Shown piece after piece: positions 13,501 to 28,500 of a stretch of 64,000 nucleotides of DNA. Source of the stretch: the human T2T-CHM13v2.0 reference genome, Homo sapiens. Position 1 is the first letter of the stretch. The number at the start of each line of letters is the position of its first letter. A model generated the notes under the pieces. The model saw only the letters and a program-made list of their open reading frames with translations, did no database searches and was not told the origin of the DNA. Position numbers and translations under genes: made by a program. Location of the stretch: assembly GCF_009914755.1 (NCBI RefSeq), contig NC_060933.1; one strand, given 5' to 3'.

Positions 13501-16500
13501 TTCCATTCCATTCCATTCGATTCCATTACACTGCACTCGGGTTGATTCCATTCCATTCCATTCCATTCCATTTCATTCCATTCCATTCCATTCCATTCCA
13601 TTCCATTCCATTCCATTCCATTCCATGCCATTCCACTCGTGTTGATTCCATTCCTTTGCATTTCATTCGTGTTGAACCCATTCCATTCCATTCCATTCCA
13701 TTGCACACGGGTTCATTCCATTCCATTCCATTCCATTCCAATCCATTCCATTCCATTCCGTTCCATTCCATTCCATTCCATTCCATTCCATTCCATTTCG
13801 TTCCATTCCATTCTATTCTGTACCATTCCATTCCATTCCATTCCACTCCATTCCATGCCATTCAACTCGGGTTTATTCCATTCCTTTTCATTCCATTTGG
13901 GTTGAATCCATTCCATTCCATTCCATTCCTTTCGATTCCATTATATTGCACAGGGGTTGATTCCATTCCATTCCATTCCGTTCCATTCAGGATGACTCCA
14001 TTCCATTGCATTCCATTCCATTCCATTCCCCTGCACTCGGGTTCATTACATTCCATTCCATTCCCATCCACTCCATTCCATTCCATTCCATTCCATTTCA
14101 ATCGAGTTGATTCCATTCCATTCCATTCCATTCCATTCCATTCCATTCCGGATGATTCCATTCCATTGCCTTCCATTCCACTCCATTCCCCTGCACTCGG
14201 GTTGATTCCATTCCATTCCATTCCATTCCATTCCATTCCATTCCATTCCATTTCGTTCCATTCCACTCTATTCCGTACCATTCCATTCCATTCCTTTCCA
14301 TTCCAATCCATGCTATTCCACTCGGGTTGATTCCATTCCTTTCCATTCCATTCGAGTTGAATCCATTCCATTCCATTCCATTCCATTCGATTCCATTCCA
14401 TTGCACACGGGTTCATTTCATTCCATTCCATTCCATTCCATTCCATTCCATTCCATTCCATTTAGTTCCATTCCATTCTATTCCATACCATTCCATTCCA
14501 TTCCATTCCATTCCACTCCATTCCATGCTATTCCTCTCGGGTTTATTCCATTCCTTTCCATTCCATTCGGATTGAATCCATTCCTTTCCATTCAATTCCA
14601 TTCCACTCGATTCCATTACATTGCACTCGTGTTGTTTCCATTCCATTCCATTCCATTCCATATCATTCTATTCCATTCCATTCCATTCCATTCCATTTCA
14701 TTCTATTCCATTCCATTCCATTCCATTCCATTCCATTCCATTCCATGCCATTACACTCGGGTTGATTCCATTCCTTTCCATTCCATTGGAGTTGAAACCA
14801 TTCCATTCCATTCCATTCCATTCTATTCCATTCCATTCCAATCCATTGCACACGGGTTTATTCCATTCCATTCCATTCCATTCCATTCCATTCCATTCCA
14901 TTCCATTCCATTTCGTTCCATTCCATTCTATTCCGTACCATTCCATTCCATTCCATTCCATTCCATTCCATTCCATTCCATGCCATTCCACTCGGTTTTT
15001 TCCATTCCTTTCCATTCCATTCGGGTTGAATCCATTCCTTTCCATTCCATTCCGTTCAATTCCATTCCATTGCACTCGGGTTGATTCCATTCCATTCCAT
15101 GCCATTCCATTTCATTCCGTTCCATTCCATTCCATTACATTCGGATTGATTCTTTTCAATTCCCTTACACTCCATTACATTCCATTCCATTCGGGTAGTT
15201 TCCGTTCCATTCCATTCCATTCCACTCCATTGCATTGCACTTGGGTTGATAGATTCCATTCCATTCCATTCCATTCCATTCCATTCCATTCCGGATGAAT
15301 CCCTTCCATTGCATTCCATTCCATTCCATTCCCCTGCACTCGGGTTGATTCCATTCCATTCCATTCCATTCCATTCCGTTCCATTCCATTCCATTCCATT
15401 CCATTCTGTTCAGGTTAATTCCATTCCATTCCATTCCATTCCATTCCATTCCATTCCATTCCATTCCATTCCATTGCAATCGAGTTGTTTCCATTGCATT
15501 CCATTCCATTCCATTCCATTGCATTCCATTGCATTCCATTCCCATGCACTCAGGTTGATTCCATTCCATTCCATTCCATTCCATTCCATTCCGGATGATT
15601 CCATTCCATTGCCTTCCATTCCACTCCATTCCCCTGCACTCGGGTTGATTCCATTCCATTCCATTCCATTCCATTCCATTCAATTGCACTAGGTTTGATT
15701 CCATTCCACTTCATTCCATTCCATTCCATTCCATTCCATTCCACTCCATTCCATTCCATTCCCCCGCACTCGGGTTCATTCCATTCCATTGCATTTACTT
15801 CCATTCCATTCCATTCCATTCCATTCCATTCCATTCCATTAGACTCCATTCCATGCCATTCCACTCGGTTTTATTCCGTTCGTTTCCATTCCATTCGGGT
15901 TGAATCCATTGCATTCCATTCCATTCGATTCCATTACATTGCACTCGTGTTGTTTCCATTCCATTCCATTCCATTCCATTCCATTCCATTCCATGCCATT
16001 CCACTCGGGTTGATTTCATTCCATTCCGATCCATTCGAGTCGAACCCATTCCATTCCATTCCATTCCATTCCATTCCATTCCATTCCAATCCATTGCACA
16101 CGGGTTCATTCCATTCCATTCCATTCCATTCCATTCCATTCCATTCCATTTCGTTCCATTCCATTCTATTCGGTACCATTCCATTCCATTCCATTCGGTA
16201 CCATTCCATTCCATTCCATTCCAATCCAATCCATTCCATGCCATTCCACTTGGGTTGATTCCCTTCCTTTCCATTCCATTCGGGTTGAATCCATTCCATT
16301 CCATTCCATTCCATTCCATTCCATTCCATTCCTTTCAATTCCATTGCACACGGGTTGGTTCCATTCCATTCCTTTCCGTTCCATTCCGGATGACTCCATT
16401 CCATTGCATTCCATTCCATTCCATTCCCCTGCACTCGGGTTCATTACCTTCCATTCCATTTACTTCCATTCCATTCCATTCCATTCTATTCGGGTTAATT

Positions 16501-19500
16501 CCATTCCATTCCATTCCATTCCATTGCAATCGAGTTGATTCCATTCCATTCCATTCAATTCCGGATGATTCCATTCCATTGCCTTCAATTCCATTCCATT
16601 CCCCTGCACTCGGGTTGATTCCATTCCATTCCATTCCATTCCATTCCATTCCATTTCATTCCATTCCATTTCGTTCCTTTCCATTCTATTCCGTACCATT
16701 CCATTCCATTCCATTCCATTCCATTCCATTCCATTCCATGCCATTCCACTCGGGTGGATTCCATTCCTTTCCATTCCATTCGAGTTGAATCCATTCCAAT
16801 CCATTCCATTCCATTCGATTCCATTCCATTGCACACGGGTTCATTCCATTCCATTCCATTCCATTCCATTCCATTCCATTCCATTCCATTTCGTTCCATT
16901 CCATTATATTCCGTACCATTCCATTCCATTCCATTCCATTCCATTCCATTCCATTCCACTCCACTCCATGCCATTCCACTCGGGTTTATTCCATTCCTTT
17001 CCATTCCATTCGTGTTGAATCCATTCCATTCCATTCCATTCCATTCGATTCCATTACATTGCACTCGGGTTGATTCCATTCCTTTCCATTCCATTCCATT
17101 CCACTCCATTCCATGCCATTCCACGCGGGTTTATTCCATTCCTTTCCACTCCATTCGTGTTGAATCCATTCCATTCCATTCCATTCCATTCGATTCCATT
17201 ACACTGCACTCGGGTTGATTCCATTCCATTCCATTCCATTCCATTCCATTTCATTCCATTCCATTCCATTCCATTCCATTCCATTCCATTCCATTCCATT
17301 CCATGCCATTCCACTCGTGTTGATTCCATTCCTTTGCATTCCATTCGTGTTGAACCCATTCCATTCCATTCCATTCCATTCCACTCCACTCCATGCCATT
17401 CCACTCGGGTTTATTCCATTCCTTTCCATTCTATTCGTGTTGAATCCATTCCATTCCATTCCATTCCATTCGATTCCATTACATTGCACTCGGGTTGATT
17501 CCATTCCTTTCCATTCCATTCCATTCCACTCCATTCCATGCCATTCCACGCGGGTTTATTCCATTCCTTTCCATTCCATTCGTGTTGAATCCATTCCATT
17601 CCATTCCATTCCATTCGATTCCATTACACTGCACTCGGGTTGATTCCATTCCATTCCATTCCATTCCATTTCATTCCATTCCATTCCATTCCATTCCATT
17701 CCATTCCATTCCATTCCATTCCATGCCATTCCACTCGTGTTGATTCCATTCCTTTGCATTCCATTCGTGTTGAACCCATTCCATTCCATTCCATTCCATT
17801 GCACACAGGTTCATTCCATTCCATTCCATTCCATTCCATTCCATTCCATTCCGTTCCATTCCATTCCATTCCATTCCATTCCATTCCATTCCATTCCATT
17901 CCATTTCTTTCCATTCCATTCTATTCTGTACCATTCCATTCCATTCCATTCCACTCCATTCCATGCCATTCCACTCGGGTTTATTCCATTCCTTTTCATT
18001 CCATTTGGGTTGAATCCATTCCATTCCATTCCATTCCTTTCGATTCCATTATATTGCACACGGGTTGATTCCATTCCATTCTATTCCGTTCCATTCAGGA
18101 TGACTCCATTCCATTGCATTCCATTCCATTCCATTCCCCTGCACTCGGGTTCATTACATTCCATTCCATTCCCATCCACTCCATTCCATTCCATTCCATT
18201 CCATTTCAATCGAGTTGATTCCATTCCATTCCATTCCATTCCATTCAATTCCGGATGATTCCATTCCATTGCCTTCCATTCCACTCCATTCCCCTGCACT
18301 CGGGTTGATTCCATTCCATTCCATTCCATTCCATTCCATTCCATTCCATTCCATTCCATTTCGTTCCATTCCACTCTATTCCGTACCATTCCATTCCATT
18401 CCTTTCCATTCCAATCCATGCTATTCCACTCGGGTTGATTCCATTCCTTTCCATTCCATTCGAGTTGAATGCATTCCATTCCATTCCATTCCATTCGATT
18501 CCATTCCATTGCACACGGGTTCATTTCATTCCATTCCATTCCATTCCATTCCATTCCATTTAGTTCCATTCCATTCTATTCCATACCATTCCATTCCATT
18601 CCATTCCATTCCACTCCATTCCATGCTATTCCTCTCGGGTTTATTCCATTCCTTTCCATTCCATTCGGATTGAATCCATTCCTTTCCATTCAATTCCATT
18701 CCACTCGATTCCATTACATTGCAGTCGTGTTGTTTCCATTCCATTCCATTCCATTCCATTTCATTCTATTCCATTCCATTCCATTCCATTCCATTCCATT
18801 CCATTCCATTCCATGCCATTCCACTCGGGTTGATTCCATTCCTTTCCATTCCATTCGAGTTGAAACCATTCCATTCCATTCCATTCCATTCTATTCCATT
18901 CCATTCCAATCCATTGCACACGGGTTCATTCCATTCCATTCCATTCCATTCCATTCCATTCCATTCCATTCCATTCCATTTCGTTCCATTCCATTCTATT
19001 CCGTACCATTCCATTCCATTCCATTCCATTCGATTCCATTCCATTCCATGCCTTTCCACTCGGTTTTTTCCATTCCTTTCCATTCCATTCGGGTTGAATC
19101 CATTCCTTTCCATTCCATTCCGTTCAATTCCATTCCATTGCACTCGGGTTGATTCCATTCCATTCCATGCCATTCCATTTCATTCCGTTCCATTCCATTC
19201 CATTACATTCGGATTGATTCTTTTCAATTCCCTTACACTCCATTACATTCCATTCCATTCGGGTAGTTTCCGTTCCATTCCATTCCATTCCACTCCATTG
19301 CATTGCACTCGGGTTGATAGATTCCATTCCATTCCATTCCATTCCATTCCATTCCATTCCATTCCGGATGAATCCATTCCATTGCATTCCATTCCATTCC
19401 ATTCCCCTGCACTCGGGTTGATTCCATTCCATTCCATTCCATTCCATTCCGTTCCATTCCATTCCATTCCATTCCATTCCATTCTGTTCAGGTTAATTCC

Positions 19501-22500
19501 ATTCCATTCCATTCCATTCCATTCCATTCCATTCCATTCCATTCCATTCCATTCCATTCCATTCCATTCCATTGCAATCGAGTTGTTTCCATTGCATTCC
19601 ATTCCATTCCATTCCATTGCATTCCATTGCATTCCATTCCCCTGCACTCAGGTTGATTCCATTCCATTCCATTCCATTCCATTCCATTCCATTCCGGATG
19701 ATTCCATTCCATTGCCTTCCATTCCACTCCATTCCCCTGCACTCGGGTTGATTCCATTCCATTCCATTCCATTCCATTCCATTCCATTCCATTCTATTTC
19801 ATTCCATTCCACTCTATTCCGTACCATTCCATTCCATTCCTTTCCATTCCAATCCATGCTATTCCACTCGGGTTGATTCCATTCCTTTCCATTCCATTCG
19901 AGTTGAATCCATTCCATTCCATTCCATTCCATTCGATTCCATTCCATTGAACACGTGTTCATTCCATTCCATTCCATTCCATTCCATTCCATTCCATTTA
20001 GTTCCATTCCATTCTATTCCATACCATTCCATTCCATTCCATTCCATTCCACTCCATTCCATGCTATTCCTCTCGGGTTTATTCCATTCCTTTCCATTCC
20101 ATTCGGGTTGAATCCATTCCATTCCATTCAATTCCATTCCACTCGATTCCATTACATTGCACTCGTGTTGTTTCCATTCCATTCCATTCCATTCCATTTC
20201 ATTCTATTCCATTCCATTCCATTCCATTCCATTCCATTCCATGCCATTCCACTCGGGTTGATTCCATTCCTTTCCATTCCATTCGAGTTGAAACCATTCC
20301 ATTCCATTCGATTCCATTCCATTCCATTCCATTCCAATCCATTGCACACGGGTTCATTCCATTGCATTCCATTCCATTCCATTCCATTCCATTCCATTCC
20401 ATTCCATTCCATTCCATTTCTTTCCATTCCATTCTATTCCTTACCATTCCATTCCATTCCATTCCATTCCATGCCATTCCACTCGGGTTTATTCCATTCC
20501 TTTCCATTCCATTCGGGTTGAATCCATTCCTTTCCATTCCATTCCGTTCAATTCCATTCCATTGCACTCGGGTTGATTCCATTCCATTCCATGCCATTCC
20601 ATTTCATTCCGTTCCATTCCATTCCATTACATTCGGATTGATTCTTTTCAATTCCCTTACACTCCATTACATTCCATTCCATTCGGGTAGTTTCCGTTCC
20701 ATTCCATTCCATTCCACTCCATTGCTTTGCACTCGGGTTGATTGATTCCATTCCATTGCATTCCATTCCATTCCATTCCATTCCGGATGAATCCATTCCA
20801 TTGCATTCCATTCCATTCCATTCCCCTGCACTCGGGTTGATTCCATTCCATTCCATTCCATTCCATTCCGTTCCATTCCATTCCATTCCATTCCATTCTG
20901 TTCAGGTTAATTCCATTCCATTCCATTCCATTCCATTCCATTCCATTCCATTCCATTCCATTCCATTCCATAGCAATCGAGTTGTTTCCATTGCATTCCA
21001 TTCCATTCCATTCCATTGCATTCCATTGCATTCCATTCCCCTGCACTCAGGTTGATTCCATTCCATTCCATTCCATTCCATTCTATTCGCGTTAATTCCA
21101 TTCCATTCCATTACATTACATTCCATTGCAATCGACTTGATTCCATTCCATTCCATTCCATTCCATTCAATTCAAGTCCTTTCCATTCCATTCCACTCGT
21201 GTTTATTCCATTTTATTAGTTTCCATTCCAATCCTTTCCCTTCCATTCCACTCTGGTTGATTCCATTCCTTTCCATTCCACTCGAATTCATTCCCTTCTA
21301 TTCCACTCGGAATGATTCCATTCCATTCCGTTCCATTCCATTCCATTCGATTCTATTTCCTACCATTGCTTTCTATTCCGTACCATTCCATTCCATTCCA
21401 TTCCATGCCATTCCACTCTGGTTGATTCCATTGCTTTCCATTCCATTTGGGTTGAATCCATTCCTTTCCATTCCATTCCATTCCATTCCATTCCATTGCA
21501 CTAGGTTTGATTCCATTCCACTGCATTCCATTCCATTCCATTCCATTCCATTCCATTCCATTCCATTCCATTCCGTTCCATTCAGTTCCATTACATTCGG
21601 ATTGATTCTTTTTAATTCCCTCAGACTCCATTACATTCCATTCCATTCGGGTACTTTCCATTCCATTCCATTCCATTCCATTCCATTCCACTGCATTATA
21701 TTGCACTCGGGTTTATTGATTCCATTCCATTGCATTCCATTCCATTCCATTCCATTCCGGATGATTCCATTCCATTGCATTCCATTCTATTCCATTCCCC
21801 TGCACTCGGGTTGATTCCATTCCATTCCATTCCATTCCATTCAGTTCCGTTCCATTCCATTCCATTCCATTCTGTTCAGGTTAATTCCATTCCATTCCAT
21901 TCCCTTCCATTCCATTCCATTCCATTCCATTGCAATCGAATTGATTCCATTGCATTCCATTTCATTCCATTCCATTGCATTCCATTCCATTCCTATCCCC
22001 TGCACTCAGGTTGATTCCATTCCATTCCATTCCATTCCATTCCATTCTATTCCATTCCATTCTATTCGCGGTAATTCCATTCCATTCCATTCCATTACCT
22101 TCCATTGCAATCGAGTTTATTCCATTCCATTCCGTTCCTTTCCATTCCATTCCATTCAAGTCCTTTCCATTCCATTCCAGTCGTGTTGATTCCATTTTAT
22201 TAGTTTCCATTCCATTCCATTCCCTTCCATTCCACTCTGGTTGATTCCATTCCTTTCCATTCCACTCGAATACATTCCCTTCTATTCCACTCGGAATGAT
22301 TCCATTCCATTCCGTTCCATTCCATTCCATTCCATTCCATTTCTTTCCATTCCATTCTATTCCGTACCATTCCATTCCATTCCATTCCATTCCATTCCAT
22401 TCCATGCCATTCCACTCGGGTTGATTCCATTGCTTTCCATTCCATTTGGGTTGAATCCATTCCATTCCATTCCATTCCATTCCATTCCATTCCATTCAAT

Positions 22501-25500
22501 TGCACTAGGTTTGATTCCATTCCACTGCATTCCATTCCATTCCATTCCATTCCATTCCACTCCATTCCATTCCATTCCCCCGCACTCGGCTTCATTCCAT
22601 TCCATTGCATTTACTTCCATTCCATTCCATTCCATTCCATTCCATTCCATTCCATTGCAATCGAGTTGATTCCATTCCATTCTTTCTATTCAATTCCGGA
22701 TGATTCCATTCCATTGCCTTCAATTCCATTCCATTCCCCTGCACTCGGGTTGATTCCATTCCATTCCATTCCATTCCATTCCATTCCATTCCATTTCATT
22801 CTATTCCATTTCTTTCCATTCCATTCTATTCCGTACCATTCCATTCCATTCCATTCCATTCTATTCGGGTTAATTCCATTCCACTCCATTCCATTCCATT
22901 CCATTCCATTCCATTCCATTCCATGCCATTCCACTCGGGTTGATTCCATTCCTTTCCATTCCATTCGAGTTGAATACATTCCAATCCATTCCATTGCATT
23001 CGATTCCATTCCATTGCACACGGGTTCATTCCATTCCATTCCATTCCATTCCATTGCAATCGAGTTGATTCCATTACATTCCATTCAATTCCGGATGATT
23101 CCATTCCATTGCCTTCAATTCCATTCCATTCCCCTGCACTCGGGTTGATTCCATTCCATTCCATTCCATTTCATTCCATTCCATATCGTTCCATTCCATT
23201 CTATTCCATACCATTCCATTCCATTCCATTCCATTCCATTCCATTCCATTCCATGCCATTCCACTCGGGTTGATTCCATTCCTTTCCATTCCATTCGAGT
23301 TGAATACATTCCAATCCATTCCATTGCATTCGATTCCATTCCATTGCACACGGGTTCATTCCATTCCATTCCATTCCATTCCATTCCATTCCATTCCATT
23401 CCATTCCATTCGATTCCATTACATTGCACTCGGGTTGATTCCATTCCATTTCATTCCATTAAATTTCATTCCACTCCATTCCATTCCATTTCATTCAATT
23501 CCATTCCATTCAATGCCATTCCATTCGTGTTTATTCCATTCCTTTCCATTCCATTCGAGTTGAACCCATTCCATTCCATTCCATTCCATTCCATTCCATT
23601 CCGTTCCATTCCATTGCACACGGGTTCATTCCATTCCATTCCATTCCATTACATTACATTCCATTACGTTACATTCCATTTCGTTCCTTTCAATTCTATT
23701 CCGTTCCATTCCATTCCATTCCCTTCCATTCCACTCTGGTTGATTCCATTCCTTTCCATTCCACTCGAATACATTCCCTTCTATTCCACTCGGAATGATT
23801 CCATTCCATTCCGTTCCATTCCATTCCATTCCATTCCATTTCTTTCCATTCCATTCTATTCCGTACCATTCCATTCCATTCCATTCCATTCCATTCCATT
23901 CCATTCCATTCCATTCAATTCCATGCCATTCCACTCGGGTTGTTTCCATTGCTTTCCATTCCATTTGGGTTGAATCCATTCCATTCCATTCCATTCCATT
24001 CCATTCAATTGCACTAGGTTTGATTCCATTCCACTGCATTCCATTCCATTCCATTCCATTCCATTCCACTCCATTCCATTCCATTCCCCCGCACTCGGGT
24101 TCATTCCATTCCATTGCATTTACTTCCATTCCATTCCATTCCATTCCATTCCATTCCATTAGACTCCATTCCATGCCATTCCACTCGGTTTTATTCCATT
24201 CGTTTCCATTCCATTCGGGTTTTATCCATTGCATTCCATTCCATTCGATTCCATTACATTGCACTCGTGTTATTTCCATTCCATTCCATTCCATTCCATT
24301 CCATTCCATTCCATGCCATTCCACTCGGGTTGATTTCATTCCATTCCGTTCCATTCGAGTCGAACCAATTCCATTCCATTCCATTCCATTCCATTCCATT
24401 CCAATCCATTGCACACGGGTTCATTCCATTCCATTCCATTCCATTCCATTCCATTTCGTTCCATTCCATTCTATTCGGTACCATTCCATTCCATTCCATT
24501 CGGTACCATTCCATTCCATTCCATTCCAATCCATTCCATTCCATGCCATTCCACTTGGGTTGATTCCCTTCCTTTCCATTCCATTCGGGTTGAATCCATT
24601 CCATTCCATTCCATTCCATTCCATTCCATTCCATTCCATTCCATTCCATTCCATTCCTTTCAATTCCATTGCACACGGGTTGGTTCCATTCCATTCCTTT
24701 CCGTTCCATTCCGGATGACTCCATTCCATTGCATTCCATTCCATTCCATTCCCCTGCACTCGGGTTCATTACCTTCCATTCCATTTACTTCCATTCCATT
24801 CCATTCCATTCTATTCGGGTTAATTCCATTCCATTCCATTCCATTCCATTCCATTCCATTCCATTCCATTCCATTCCATTCCATTCCATTCCATTGCAAT
24901 CGAGTTGATTCCATTCCATTCCATTCAATTCCGGATGATTCCATTCCATTGCCTTCAATTCCATTCCATTCCCCTGCACTCGGGTTGATTCCATTCCATT
25001 CCATTCCATTCCATTCCATTCCATTCCATTCCATTTCATTCCATTCCATTTCGTTCCTTTCCATTCTATTCCTTTCCATTCCATTCCATTCCATTCCATT
25101 CCATTCCATTCCATTCCATGCCATTCCACTCGGGTTGATTCCATTCCTTTCCATTCCATTCGAGTTGAATCCATTCCAAACCATTCCATTCCATTCGATT
25201 CCATTCCATTGCACACGGGTTCATTCCATTCCATTCCATTCCATTCCATTCCATTCCATTCCATTCCATTTCATTCCATTCCATTATATTCCGTACCATT
25301 CCATTCCATTCCATTCCATTCCATTCCATTCCACTCCACTCCATGCCATTCCACTCGGGTTTATTCCATTCCTTTCCATTCCATTCGGGTTGAATCCATT
25401 CCATTCCATTCCATTCCATTCGATTCCATTACATTGCACTCGGGTTGATTCCATTCAATTCCATTCCATTCCATTCCACTCCATTCCATGCCATTCCACG

Positions 25501-28500
25501 CGGGTTTATTCCATTCCTTTCCATTCCATTCGTGTTGAATCCATTCCATTCCATTCCATTCCATTCGATTCCATTACACTGCACTCGGGTTGATTCCATT
25601 CCATTCCATTCCATTCCATTTCATTCCATTCCATTCCATTCCATTCCATTCCATTCCATTCCATTCCATGCCATTCCACTCGTGTTGATTCCATTCCTTT
25701 GCATTCCATTCGTGTTGAACCCATTCCATTCCATTCCATTCCATTGCACACGGGTTCATTCCATTCCATTCCATTCCATTCCATTCCATTCCATTCCGTT
25801 CCATTCCATTCCATTCCATTCCATTCCATTCCATTTCGTTCCATTCCATTCTATTCTGTACCATTCCATTCCATTCCATTCCACTCCATTCCATGCCATT
25901 CCACTCGGGTTTATTCCATTCCTTTTCATTCCATTTGGGTTGAATCCATTCCATTCCATTCCATTCCTTTCGATTCCATTATATTGCACACGGGTTGATT
26001 CCATTCCATTCCATTCCGTTCCATTCAGGATGACTCCATTCCATTGCATTCCATTCCATTCCATTCCCCTGCACTCGGGTTCATTACATTCCATTCCATT
26101 CCCATCCACTCCATTCCATTCCATTCCATTCCATTTCAATCGAGTTGATTCCATTCCATTCCATTCCATTCCATTCAATTCCGGATGATTCCATTCCATT
26201 GCCTTCCATTCCACTCCATTCCCCTGCACTCGGGTTGATTCCATTCCATTCCATTCCATTCCATTCCATTCCATTCCATTCCATTTCGTTCCATTCCACT
26301 CTATTCCGTACCATTCCATTCCATTCCTTTCCATTCCAATCCATGCTATTCCACTCGGGTTGATTCCATTCCTTTCCATTCCATTCGAGTTGAATCCATT
26401 CCATTCCATTCCATTCCATTCCATTCCATTCCATTCCATTCCATTCCATTCCATTCCATTGCACACGGGTTCATTTCATTCCATTCCATTCCATTCCATT
26501 CCATTCCATTTAGTTCCATTCCATTCTATTCCATACCATTCCATTCCATTCCATTCCATTCCATTCCACTCCATTCCATGCTATTCCTCTCGGGTTTATT
26601 CCATTCCTTTCCATTCCATTCGGATTGAATCCATTCCTTTCCATTCAATTCCATTCCACTCGATTCCATTACATTGCAGTCGTGTTGTTTCCATTCCATT
26701 CCATTCCATTCCATTTCATTCTATTCCATTCCATTCCATTCCATTCCATTCCATTCCATTCCATTCCATGCCATTCCACTCGGGTTGATTCCATTCCTTT
26801 CCATTCCATTCGAGTTGAAACCATTCCATTCCATTCCATTCCATTCTATTCCATTCCATTCCAATCCATTGCACACGGGTTCATTCCATTCCATTCCATT
26901 CCATTCCATTCCATTCCACTTCGTTCCATTCCATTCTATTCCGTACCATTCCATTCCATTCCATTCCATTCCATTCCATTCCATTCCATTCCATTCCTTT
27001 CAATTCCATTGCACACGGGTTGGTTCCATTCCATTCCTTTCCGTTCCATTCCGGATGACTCCATTCCATTGCATTCCATTCCATTGCATTCCCCTGCACT
27101 CGGGTTCATTACCTTCCATTCCATTTACTTCCATTCCATTCCATTCCATTCTATTCGGGTTAATTCCATTCCATTCCATTCCATTCCATTCCATTCCATT
27201 CCATTCCATTCCATTGCAGTCGAGTTGATTCCATTCCATTGCATTCAATTCCGGATGATTCCATTCCATTGCCTTCAATTCCATTCCATTCCCCTGCACT
27301 CGGGTTGATCCATTCCATTCCATTCCATTCCATTTCATTCCATTCCATTTCGTTCCTTTCCATTCTATTCCGTACCATTCCATTCCATTCCATTCCATTC
27401 CATTCCATTCCATTCCATTCCATGCCATTCCACTCGGGTTGATTCCATTCCTTTCCATTCCATTCGAGTTGAATCCATTCCAATCCATTCCATTCCATTC
27501 GATTCTATTCCATTGCACACGGGTTCATTCCATTCCATTCCATTCCATTCCATTCCATTCCATTCCATTCCATTTCGTTCCATTCCATTATATTCCGTAC
27601 CATTCCATTCCATTCCATTCCATTCCATTCCATTCCATTCCACACCACTCCATGCCATTCCACTCGGGTTTATTCCATTCCTTTCCATTCCATTCGGGTT
27701 GAATCCATTCCATTCCATTCCATTCCATTCGATTCCATTACATTGCACTCGGGTTGATTCCATTCCATTCCATTCCATTCCATTCCACTCCATTCCATGC
27801 CATTCCACGCGGGTTTATTCCATTCCTTTCCATTCCATTCGTGTTGAATCCATTCCATTCCATTCGATTCCATTACACTGCACTCGGGTTGATTCCATTC
27901 CATTCCATTCCATTCCATTTCGTTCCATTCCATTCCATTCCATTCCATTCCATTCCATTCCATTCCATGCCATTCCACTCGTGTTGATTCCATTCCTTTG
28001 CATTCCATTCGTGTTGAACCCATTCCATTCCATTCCATTCCATTGCACACAGGTTCATTCCATTCCATTCCATTCCATTCCATTCCATTCCGTTCCATTC
28101 CATTCCATTCCATTCCATTCCATTCCATTCCATTTCGTTCCATTCCATTCTATTCTGTACCATTCCATTCCATTCCATTCCACTGCATTCCATGCCATTC
28201 CACTCTGGCTTATTCCATTCCTTTTCATTCCATTTGGGTTGAATCCATTCCATTCCATTCCATTCCTTTCGATTCCATTATATTGCACACGGGTTGATTC
28301 CATTCCATTCCATTCCGTTCCATTCAGAATGACTCCATTCCATTGCATTCCATTCCATTCCATTCCCCTGCACTCGGGTTCATTACATTCCATTCCATTC
28401 CCATCCACTCCATTCCATTCCATTCCATTCCATTTCAATCGAGTTGATTCCATTCCATTCCATTCCATTCCATTCAATTCCGGATGATTCCATTCCATTG